64,000 nt of DNA, taken from NCBI GenBank assembly GCA_021299465.1, contig JAJTHB010000005.1, positions 8,456 to 72,455 of the forward strand. Direction: 5' to 3'. Both the position numbers and the translations under genes were made by a program. The notes under the pieces are model-generated. The model did no database searches, had not been told where the DNA came from, and was given only the letters and a program-made list of their open reading frames with translations. This document shows, in pieces, positions 37,853 through 46,185 of the stretch (position 1 is the first letter of the stretch; each line of letters starts with the position of its first letter). The stretch comes from Rickettsiales bacterium. Lineage in GTDB: Bacteria; Pseudomonadota; Alphaproteobacteria; Rickettsiales; SXRF01.

Positions 37853-39639
37853 TTACCACCTGCGTTGTCATGGTCTCTTACCATACGGGGCCCATTCTGT
37901 TTGCTTCCATAAATAGTGTGCTCGCTCAATCAGGCCTTGGTGAATTGATTGTTGTTGATAATGGTAATACGCCGGATGTTCTGGCTCGTTTGCGGCAGCT
38001 TGCCCTCAGCGAGCCAAGGCTGCGCGTGATCACGGGGCATGGTAACATCGGCTACGCTAAAGGTTGTAATCTCGGCGCTAAGCAGGCAAATGGCTATTTT
38101 TTGATGCTACTTAACCCTGATTGCCTTTTGCCGCCAAACGCGATCGAGCGTATGATGCAGGCGTTTGATGTGCAAAGCGATGCAGCAATGGTGGGTGCCA
38201 CGACAATCAATCCTCGCGGTAAACCCACGCGCGATTATATGCGCCCGCTGCTGACATTTAAAACCCTGTTTAAGCGAGGCACGGAAGCACAAAAAACCAG
38301 CCATGAACAGGTACGGATCGTGCCCGCGATATCCGGTGCTTGCATGTGCCTGCGCCGTAAGGATTATGAACGGCTTGGCGGAATGGATGAAGCCTTCTTT
38401 GCTGCGGGCGCCGGAATGGACTTATGCATGCGTGTTCGCAAGGTTGGAGGCAGGACACTGCTTGCAAGCCATGTCCGCATTACCAGGCTGAATACGGATG
38501 ATTACAGTAAGCGCCGCACGCTGGAGTGGTATCGCTATCGCGGTCTGGTGCATTATTTTGCAAAGCATTTTACTCACCACTACCCACTTGGCTTTATGTT
38601 GATTGTGCATACCTATGGCCTGCTGACAATGTCGATGCGCGTTGCCTTGCACTGGCTTCGTGTGCAGCTCAGGCCAAGCTATGCCATGTCGCATACCATA
38701 CCGGCCAAGCGTTTGATGGTGTTGGCTTCCGGCCTCACCGACCTGCCGCAAACTTCGGAACTCAAAGGAAAAACGGTGTTGGTTACTGGCGCAACCAGCC
38801 AGCTGGGTTTAAGCGTCTGCAAGCATATGATTGCAGCTGGCGCCGGGGTGCTTGCTATCAGCCGGCAGGATCCAATTCCGTTTGAGCATGAACATTTGCG
38901 CTGGATTAAAGGTGATCTGACTGATGAAGCCCTGCATCTGGATGATTATCTGGCCGATGTGGTGATTCATTGCGCGCCGCTGTGGCATTTGCCACCAACG
39001 CTTGCTTTGCTGAAGGATGCTGAAGTGAAGCATGTGATTGCCTTTGGTTCGACCTCGGTATTTGGCAAGGTGCTCTCTAAAAACCTGCATGAGCGTGAAC
39101 TGGTGGAGCAATTGGCGCGGGCTGAGCGAGAGATTGCTGATCGCTCAGATCAGCTTGGCATGACCTACACGATCATCCGCCCGACGATGACGTACGGCGT
39201 TGGTCTTGATTTGAATATCACGTCGCTTGCAAAACTGATCAGCTTTTTGGGATTTTTTCCGGTATATCCTCCGGCTATTGGTAAGCGACAGCCAACGCAT
39301 GTTGATGATCTTGGTATGGCCGCTGTCAAGCTGGTGAATAACAGGGCATCTCATGGCAAGAGTTACAATGTCAGTGGTGGCGAGGTGCTAACTTACCGCG
39401 CGATGGTAGAACGCATTTTTAGTGTTTGTGGCAAGAAGCTGCGTATCGAAGAAAATACGACCTTACCGTTTATTCTGGATGTGGCTGGCTTCCTGTCCGG
39501 CAAGAAGCATATTAACGGTGAAATCGCTCGCCGTATGAATGATGATCTCATGTTTTTCCATGATGATGCCGAGCGTGATTTTGGTTATCACGGTCGTCGT
39601 TTCTTGAGTGGTGGCATGAAGGATATTGAGGGGTATTGA
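37849..39639 (+). CDS. Fusion protein: N-terminal family-2 glycosyltransferase plus C-terminal NAD-dependent epimerase/dehydratase (SDR) domain
   Basis: ~596 aa. GT2 part has VVMVSYHTGP, VVDNGNT and LLNPDC. A hydrophobic linker follows, then the Rossmann block VLVTGATSQLG. ATGA overlap with rfbC. Confidence 0.75.
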   Translation: MITTCVVMVSYHTGPILFASINSVLAQSGLGELIVVDNGNTPDVLARLRQLALSEPRLRVITGHGNIGYAKGCNLGAKQANGYFLMLLNPDCLLPPNAIERMMQAFDVQSDAAMVGATTINPRGKPTRDYMRPLLTFKTLFKRGTEAQKTSHEQVRIVPAISGACMCLRRKDYERLGGMDEAFFAAGAGMDLCMRVRKVGGRTLLASHVRITRLNTDDYSKRRTLEWYRYRGLVHYFAKHFTHHYPLGFMLIVHTYGLLTMSMRVALHWLRVQLRPSYAMSHTIPAKRLMVLASGLTDLPQTSELKGKTVLVTGATSQLGLSVCKHMIAAGAGVLAISRQDPIPFEHEHLRWIKGDLTDEALHLDDYLADVVIHCAPLWHLPPTLALLKDAEVKHVIAFGSTSVFGKVLSKNLHERELVEQLARAEREIADRSDQLGMTYTIIRPTMTYGVGLDLNITSLAKLISFLGFFPVYPPAIGKRQPTHVDDLGMAAVKLVNNRASHGKSYNVSGGEVLTYRAMVERIFSVCGKKLRIEENTTLPFILDVAGFLSGKKHINGEIARRMNDDLMFFHDDAERDFGYHGRRFLSGGMKDIEGY

Positions 39640-40514
39640 TGGCTCGCATTAGCTATGTGGATGGTCGTTATGTGCATCATGCGGATGCCAGGGTGCATAT
39701 TGAAGATCGCGGCTATCAGTTCTCGGATGGTATGTACGAGTATGTTGCGTTCTATCATCGCAGGTTGCTTGATGGCGATCTGCATCTGGCGCGGATGGAG
39801 CGAAGCCTTAACGAGCTGGCCATTAAGGCGCCGATGAGTATGAGGGCGCTAAACCTTGTCATCCAAGAACTTATCGCACACAATGAACGCGAGCATGGTG
39901 GGCTTTATATTCAGGTGAGTCGCGGTGTGGCGAAGCGTGATCATGCATTTCCTAAACAGTGCAAGTCTTCACTGGTGATGACCATTGGTGCTGCCAAATT
40001 TCCTAAAGCGAGTGAGGTAAAAGAAGGCGTTGCCGTTATCACGCAGCCTGAACAGCGCTGGGCACGACGAGACATTAAATCCATTTCGCTCCTTGCAAAC
40101 GTGCTTGCCAAGCAAGCTGCCGCAGCGCAAAGTGCGCGTGAAGCGTGGCTGGTAGATGATGATGTGATAACCGAAGGCGCTGTTTCCAATAGCTATATCG
40201 TGAGTGATCAGGGTGAAGTGATCACCCATCCGGCGGATCAGAATATTTTAGGCGGCATCACGCGTGATGTATTGCTTGGTCTCGCAGCCAAAGCAGGTAT
40301 TCGTGTATGCGAACGTTCTTATTCGCTAAGCGAAGCTATGGCGGCGCGTGAGGCTTTTATCACCTCGACCAGCATTAATGTTTTGCCGGTGGTGAAGCTT
40401 GATGGCAAAACTATTGGCAATGGCAAGGTCGGTGATGTCACACGCAAACTGCAGGGGCTTTATGATGAACATGTCTTCAAGCAAACAGGATTCAGGCGTG
40501 ATGACCTTACCTAA
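39639..40514 (+). CDS. Class IV aminotransferase, D-amino-acid transaminase-like
   Basis: 291 aa. Blocks VHIEDRGYQFSDGMYE, YIQVSRG and ILGGITR. TGATG overlap with the upstream gene. Confidence 0.8.
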   Translation: MARISYVDGRYVHHADARVHIEDRGYQFSDGMYEYVAFYHRRLLDGDLHLARMERSLNELAIKAPMSMRALNLVIQELIAHNEREHGGLYIQVSRGVAKRDHAFPKQCKSSLVMTIGAAKFPKASEVKEGVAVITQPEQRWARRDIKSISLLANVLAKQAAAAQSAREAWLVDDDVITEGAVSNSYIVSDQGEVITHPADQNILGGITRDVLLGLAAKAGIRVCERSYSLSEAMAAREAFITSTSINVLPVVKLDGKTIGNGKVGDVTRKLQGLYDEHVFKQTGFRRDDLT

Positions 40515-41166
40515 ACCCAAGGCAATTATTTTTGACTGGGATAATACGCTGGTGAATACTTGGCCGATTATACATGCGGCGCTGGTCGCCACGTTCGAGG
40601 AAATGGGCCAGCAGCCATGGAGTTTTGATCAGACCAAGAACCGCGTGCGTAAGTCCATGCGTGATTCTTTCCCTGAGATTTTTGGCGCTAATTGGCAGCA
40701 AGCCGGTGAGATTTACCAGCGCCATTACCGCAAAAACCACTTAAGCAAGCTTGAAGCTCTGCCGCGTGCTGAGGAGGTTCTTTCGCGTGTTAAAGAGCTG
40801 GGGCTTTACAGTGTTGTTGTGAGCAACAAAAAAGGGCCTAATCTGAGGCAGGAAGTTGAGCATATTGGCTGGAATCCTTGGTTTGATCATGTGGTGGGCG
40901 CTGATGATGCTAAAAGGGATAAACCTTTTGTTGATCCGGTTCATATGGCGTTTGAGAAAACCGATATCAAACCGGCGGCCGATGTGTGGTTTATCGGTGA
41001 TAGCGAGATCGATCTGGAGTGCGCTCACAACACTGGCTGTACTGCAATTTTATATGGCGATCACGCACTTACTCACCCTGACTATAGTCAAAGTCACTAT
41101 CAAGGTTTTGCCTATCATGCGCATGTCCATGACCATGCACAGATGTTAAGATTGCTGGATTGCTGA
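40501..41166 (+). CDS. HAD-superfamily hydrolase (phosphoglycolate-phosphatase-like)
   Basis: Motif I IIFDWDNTLV, motif II VVSNK, motif IV GDSEIDLE. Start chosen at the ATG at 40501 (14-nt overlap with the upstream gene). Confidence 0.8.
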   Translation: MTLPKPKAIIFDWDNTLVNTWPIIHAALVATFEEMGQQPWSFDQTKNRVRKSMRDSFPEIFGANWQQAGEIYQRHYRKNHLSKLEALPRAEEVLSRVKELGLYSVVVSNKKGPNLRQEVEHIGWNPWFDHVVGADDAKRDKPFVDPVHMAFEKTDIKPAADVWFIGDSEIDLECAHNTGCTAILYGDHALTHPDYSQSHYQGFAYHAHVHDHAQMLRLLDC

Positions 41167-42240
41167 CGCGAGGCCGTGTTTATCGCCTTGCAGCAATTGT
41201 TCACGAAATTTGGTAAGTTTGGCCAGAAAATCCTGAAGTAACGATAGTACCGGCAGGTAATGATCGGAGATGCTTTCTATATCTCCTTCAGGTGCTGCGC
41301 TGGCGGGCGAGGTGAAATCAGCAAATCCTTGCCCGGCATAACGTGCGAAACTGAAGCCTAACTTTTTTTCGCATTCCATTACCGTGGTGATTAAACATGA
41401 AGCAATGATTCGCGGCATCAGAGCCTGTCGTGCCAGCAATGCATCTCCTTTATCTTCGTTTTTATCAGGAGCCTTTGCCAGTTCACCCTTCACGTGCCAT
41501 AGCGCATCCATGTAGCGGTCAAGCGCCATAATCAGTGGCTCACGGTTGAGTGTAAAAATATCAGCCCAAAGCTCGGCAGAGGAGGATTGCAAGCGCGTAA
41601 AAGGTTTCAGTGCTGGCTTTAAATCTTCAGATGGAACGATATTACGGCAAGCAAACGCAAGCAATTGCGGTAAGTGTGAGACATGCGCATAAAGCACATC
41701 GTGCAAATCCGGAGGCACGCCTTCAACACGCGCACCTACTTCGCTCCAGAATCGAGTGATGGTTTCAAGCATTCGTCCTTGCAATGGTTCGTTGGGTGTC
41801 AGCACCACGCGCTTGCCCTGAAATAAATCCGCACGTCCGGCCGCAATGCCGGATGATTCACTACCGGCAATCGGATGCGCCGGTATAAAATCCACATTGC
41901 TTGGAAGATGCTGCGCAATCGCCTGCATAACGGGCAGTTTGACGGATGCGGTGTCCATGACAATCGCGCCAGCCATTAATCCAGCGCTCATGCGCCGTGC
42001 GACATGCCCCATATCCCCGGGCGGTACGCATAAGATCACCAAGCTGCTATTCTTGACTGCCGTTGCTTCATCGCGCATCGCTACATCAATCATCTTGTGC
42101 GAACGTGCATAAATGAGTGTCTGTTCGTTATCATCACAGCCAACCAGTGTATCGGCGAGCCTCTTTTGGCTGATGGCTCGTGCCAGTGAGCTGCCAATCA
42201 GCCCAAGACCGATGATGGTGATGCGCTCAAATAGTGCCAT
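41146..42240 (-). CDS. tyrC: Prephenate/arogenate (cyclohexadienyl) dehydrogenase
   Basis: 364 aa. Blocks IIGLGLIGSSLA and HPIAGSE. Conserved position after hisC. Confidence 0.85.
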   Translation of the reverse strand: MALFERITIIGLGLIGSSLARAISQKRLADTLVGCDDNEQTLIYARSHKMIDVAMRDEATAVKNSSLVILCVPPGDMGHVARRMSAGLMAGAIVMDTASVKLPVMQAIAQHLPSNVDFIPAHPIAGSESSGIAAGRADLFQGKRVVLTPNEPLQGRMLETITRFWSEVGARVEGVPPDLHDVLYAHVSHLPQLLAFACRNIVPSEDLKPALKPFTRLQSSSAELWADIFTLNREPLIMALDRYMDALWHVKGELAKAPDKNEDKGDALLARQALMPRIIASCLITTVMECEKKLGFSFARYAGQGFADFTSPASAAPEGDIESISDHYLPVLSLLQDFLAKLTKFREQLLQGDKHGLASAIQQS

Positions 42241-42243
42241 TGT

Positions 42244-43329
42244 CTAACTATTCAAGAAGGATTTAAGCGTTGCGACAACTGCACGATTATCCTCTTCAAG
42301 GCCAATCGAAATACGCAGGTGATCTTGCAGGCCGTAACTGCTGACCTCACGGGGGATAAGCCCATGCTCGATCATGTAGCTATTGGCTTTGGAAGCGCTG
42401 TGATGTCCGGCGGGAAAACGAACCAGCACAAAATTGGCAATGCTGGGATGAACATCAAGGCCGATGCTGCGCAGCTCACCTGTAAGCCACGCTAACCAGT
42501 GATTGTTGAAGTCACGAGTCGTTTCTGTAAAAGCGCGGTCACGAATGGCGGCAGTGGCGGCTTCGATGCTGCAAGCTGATAGGTTAAATGGTCCGCGAAT
42601 ACGGTTCATCACATCAATGATTTCACTGCTGGCATGGCACCAGCCGACACGAAGCGCCGATAATCCGTAGATTTTAGAGAAGGTATGAAGCACCGCCACA
42701 TTGCCATGCGACACCAGCTCATGGCCGTCGCTATAATCATGCTTAGTGACATATTCACTGTAGGCATCATCGACGACAAGCAGGACATGGTCAGGTATCC
42801 CGCTATGCAGTCGGTGCAATTCGTCTTTAGTGATGTAGCTTCCGGTAGGGTTATTTGGGTTGGCAATGAAAACAATTTTTGTTTTTGGCGTGATGGCGGC
42901 CAACATGGCATCAACATCGGTTCGCAGGTCTTTTTCGGGCGCCATGATCACATTCGCGCCGTAACCTTGCGCATAGATCTGGTACATTAGAAAACCATGG
43001 CGGCTCATGACGATATCGTCGCCAACACCAGCATAGGCATGGATCAAAAGGCCAATCAGCTCATCTGAGCCGGCGCCACATACCAACTCGTCTTCAGAAA
43101 AGCCATATACGTCCTTTATCGCTTCTTTGAGTTTCTTAGCGCTGCCATCCGGGTAGCGATGCAGGTTTGCCGCCGCATCCATATAGGCTTTTACGGCCAG
43201 TGGGCTTGGCCCAAGCGGGGTTTCGTTCGATGAGAGTTTGACAACTTTTTGGCCAGGCTTGGCTGCAGATTTTCCGCCAACATAAGGCGCAATAGACATG
43301 ATGCCTGGTTTGGGCGTTAATTGTGACAT
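42244..43329 (-). CDS. hisC: Histidinol-phosphate aminotransferase
   Basis: Blocks LSSNE.PLGPSP, NPNNPTG, and TFSKIYGLSALRVGW (PLP Lys). Start set at the ATG at 43329. Confidence 0.9.
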   Translation of the reverse strand: MSQLTPKPGIMSIAPYVGGKSAAKPGQKVVKLSSNETPLGPSPLAVKAYMDAAANLHRYPDGSAKKLKEAIKDVYGFSEDELVCGAGSDELIGLLIHAYAGVGDDIVMSRHGFLMYQIYAQGYGANVIMAPEKDLRTDVDAMLAAITPKTKIVFIANPNNPTGSYITKDELHRLHSGIPDHVLLVVDDAYSEYVTKHDYSDGHELVSHGNVAVLHTFSKIYGLSALRVGWCHASSEIIDVMNRIRGPFNLSACSIEAATAAIRDRAFTETTRDFNNHWLAWLTGELRSIGLDVHPSIANFVLVRFPAGHHSASKANSYMIEHGLIPREVSSYGLQDHLRISIGLEEDNRAVVATLKSFLNS

Positions 43330-43333
43330 GGAT

Positions 43334-44209
43334 TCAGGGTTTGATCGTGATGGGTTTTGCATAGCTACCAAAGATATAGACTTTTATAAGTGCTGAATCC
43401 AGTTGCTCGTAAAGAATCTTGAGCTGAGGATGATTATCATGGAGGAAGCCTTCAACATCGAGCACATGGTGGCGGATACCCGCAGATGGGTTGACAAGCT
43501 GTAGCCACTTTGCATCGAGCGATGCCGATTCAAGAGTTGCATTTAAACGGCTCTGGCTTACTTCCTGAGCGATCTCCAGAACGATGATTGATCGATCTTG
43601 CCCTGTCTCCTCTGGTTCGATGGCTGCTACTGCAAATCCGCCGATACGATTTTTGGCATCGTCATCGAAGTAGCTATAGGGAATATGTGCAAAAATGCGC
43701 AACGCCTTATCATGCTGCGGCAGTAGTAGTGGCCACCAGCTCTCACTATCGTTTTCGTTAATATAAGGAACGATGCCTACAGCCGCTTTTCCATCCGCAA
43801 TCTCGCCAATAACGCGCCTTACATTGGACTGCTTTGAAATAGGCAGAAAAGGCCCAAAATATTCCCGCGCAAGCCAATAAAGCTCTTCTTTGCCACCTGC
43901 GACATAGGTTGAAATAGGTAGGTCAGCTTCTAGCGAGGTAGAAGCACCGATCAATGTTCGCCACATCGTCGCTGCAGCAGCTGCATTAAAACTACCGTCC
44001 TGAAAACACGATGCGATACGTGCCACCATTTGTGCTTCACGCGCTGGCCTGATTGGGCAGATTCCCGGGTTGGTGCGGTGTTTATAGCGGCCAACTTGTT
44101 TTACAATGCCTGCACGCTCTTTGAGAAGCGCGATCAGCTTGTCATCAATCGCATCGATCTGCGTGCGGTAGGTGTATAGCTCGTCTGTGTTATTTTTAGC
44201 GTCTGACAT
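43334..44209 (-). CDS. Chorismate mutase domain protein (~291 aa)
   Basis: N-terminal CM type 2 helix block YRTQIDAIDDKLIALLKERAGIVKQVGRYK. Long C-terminal domain of unclear function. Start set at the ATG at 44209. Confidence 0.75.
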   Translation of the reverse strand: MSDAKNNTDELYTYRTQIDAIDDKLIALLKERAGIVKQVGRYKHRTNPGICPIRPAREAQMVARIASCFQDGSFNAAAAATMWRTLIGASTSLEADLPISTYVAGGKEELYWLAREYFGPFLPISKQSNVRRVIGEIADGKAAVGIVPYINENDSESWWPLLLPQHDKALRIFAHIPYSYFDDDAKNRIGGFAVAAIEPEETGQDRSIIVLEIAQEVSQSRLNATLESASLDAKWLQLVNPSAGIRHHVLDVEGFLHDNHPQLKILYEQLDSALIKVYIFGSYAKPITIKP

Positions 44210-44290
44210 GGCACGAGCGATAATCCAGCCACTGCAAATAAGCAAGTGCTTGTAGCGCTTTCTTGACCAGCAGGCGGCCTTGACCTATCA

Positions 44291-45460
44291 ATGGATGCTA
44301 TGGTGCGATCATTATTTGGTTCGTCTTATCGTGAAGTGGAAGTGGGGGAGGTGGTGCATCTTGCCATCCATGCCCCGCTGGTGCTGGAAAGTGGCGCAAA
44401 AGTTAAGGATATTCCAGTTGCTTACCAGACTTATGGTGAGTTAAACCCCGAGCGCAGCAACGCTATTCTTGTTTGTCATGCACTCACCGGTGATCAGTAT
44501 GTGTGCGGCAAGCACCCTGTGACCGGAAAAACTGGCTGGTGGGACCGGATGGTTGGTGCTGGCAAACCAATCGATACAAACCGTTATTTTGTGATTTGCA
44601 GTAATATTATTGGCGGCTGCATGGGATCGTTTGGTCCCAAGGAAACCAACCCCGAAACCGGTAAGCCCTACGGCGTTGATTTTCCTTTTATCACCATTGG
44701 CGATATGGTGAAGGTGCAGGCATTACTTATTGATCATCTGGGAATTGACACATTATTTGCTGTGATTGGCGGTTCAATGGGTGGGATGCAGGCATTGGAG
44801 TGGTCCGTTCGTTTTCCCGAGCGTGTTTTCTCTGTTGCTGTAATCGCAACCGCAAGCAAGCAATCAGCACAGAATATCGCCTTTCATGAAATTGGCCGTC
44901 AGGCCATCATGGCTGATCCTGAGTGGCGCTCTGGTCGGTATATCGAAGAACGCTGCTATCCCAGCAAGGGCCTTGCTGTTGCACGCATGGCGGCGCATGT
45001 AACCTACTTATCAGAACAGATGTTGCAGGAAAAATTTGGTCGAAGCTTACAAGACCGTGATCACTATACCTATGGTTTCGACGCAGATTTTCAGATCGAA
45101 AGCTACCTGCGACACCAAGGCATGAGTTTTGTTGATCGTTTTGATGCTAACAGCTACCTGTACCTTACCCGTGCAGCCAGCTATTTCGATTTATCCCAAG
45201 GTGGGCGGCTGGCGCTCTCTGATGTTTTTGCGGGTACCAGTGTTCGCTTTTTAATTGTCTCATTTACGAGTGACTGGCTCTACGCTTCAACGGAAAGCCG
45301 CCATCTCGTGCGCGCGCTCAATGCCGTTGCTGCGGATGTCAGTTACGCTGATATTGACAGTGATAAAGGCCATGATTCGTTTTTATTAGAGCTGCCAGTG
45401 TTTGATGAAACACTTAAGGGCTTCCTTGAAGGCTCGGCGGTTAAACGGAGGCTGGCATGA
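44291..45460 (+). CDS. metX: Homoserine O-acetyltransferase
   Basis: 389 aa. Blocks CHALTGD and [12 protein letters not shown] (nucleophile elbow), plus a SD..GHDSFL catalytic His region. Confidence 0.9.
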   Translation: MDAMVRSLFGSSYREVEVGEVVHLAIHAPLVLESGAKVKDIPVAYQTYGELNPERSNAILVCHALTGDQYVCGKHPVTGKTGWWDRMVGAGKPIDTNRYFVICSNIIGGCMGSFGPKETNPETGKPYGVDFPFITIGDMVKVQALLIDHLGIDTLFAVIGGSMGGMQALEWSVRFPERVFSVAVIATASKQSAQNIAFHEIGRQAIMADPEWRSGRYIEERCYPSKGLAVARMAAHVTYLSEQMLQEKFGRSLQDRDHYTYGFDADFQIESYLRHQGMSFVDRFDANSYLYLTRAASYFDLSQGGRLALSDVFAGTSVRFLIVSFTSDWLYASTESRHLVRALNAVAADVSYADIDSDKGHDSFLLELPVFDETLKGFLEGSAVKRRLA

Positions 45461-46062
45461 CTTTTTTGCGGGCTGATTTAAAAGCGGTTGCCAGCCTTGT
45501 GCCGATGGGTGCGAGTGTGATCGATGTTGGTTGTGGCGAGGGCGACCTGCTGGATTGGCTGGAAAAACAAAAAAACGTAAGCGGTAGGGGTATCGAAATC
45601 AACCAGCAGCGTGTTAATCGTGCGATTGCGCGTGGACTGTCGGTGATTCAGGGGGATGCCAATCATGATCTTACCTATTACCCTACTCAGGCCTATGATT
45701 ACGCTGTGCTTAGCCAGACGCTGCAGACACTTGAGAACCCTAAAGAAGTGCTTGAGCAGCTGGTTCGAATTGCAAGGCATGCGATTGTATCAGTGCCGAA
45801 TTTTGGGCATTGGAAGAACCGATTTTACCTGCTTTTCAAAGGCCGAATGCCGGTGACTAAGACACTCAGCTACCAATGGTATGACACGCCGAACATTCAC
45901 TTTTGCACTATCAGTGATTTTATATCACTCTGCGAATCGTTAGAGCTTACAATTGAGCAGCGGCTTTATGTCTCGCATCAGGGTGTGCCCATGCGCTTTT
46001 ACCGTCATGGCTTGCTAGCTAACTGCTTTGGCGAGCAGGGTGTTTTTATGATTCGTAAATAA
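45457..46062 (+). CDS. metW: Methionine biosynthesis protein MetW
   Basis: 201 aa. SAM-MT-like block [12 protein letters not shown] and PNFGHW. ATGA overlap with metX. Confidence 0.9.
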   Translation: MTFLRADLKAVASLVPMGASVIDVGCGEGDLLDWLEKQKNVSGRGIEINQQRVNRAIARGLSVIQGDANHDLTYYPTQAYDYAVLSQTLQTLENPKEVLEQLVRIARHAIVSVPNFGHWKNRFYLLFKGRMPVTKTLSYQWYDTPNIHFCTISDFISLCESLELTIEQRLYVSHQGVPMRFYRHGLLANCFGEQGVFMIRK

Positions 46063-46185
46063 CTTAAGTTTGCAATAATTTAAGCATTCAATTCGTGATA
46101 TCATATACTTGTAACGACCATTATTTTGACGTACGTTATCAGGGTTCATTTATATCAATAAAACATAGTTTCGCTTTCATCATTC

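Noticed and set aside
44210-44290. Looked for a SAM-II or SAM-V riboswitch in front of metX, which is common in alphaproteobacteria.
   Set aside because: The spacer is only about 80 nt and is shared with the divergent chorismate-mutase promoter. I could not find the GGCUU ... AAAGCU pseudoknot cores. An Infernal scan would be needed to be sure.
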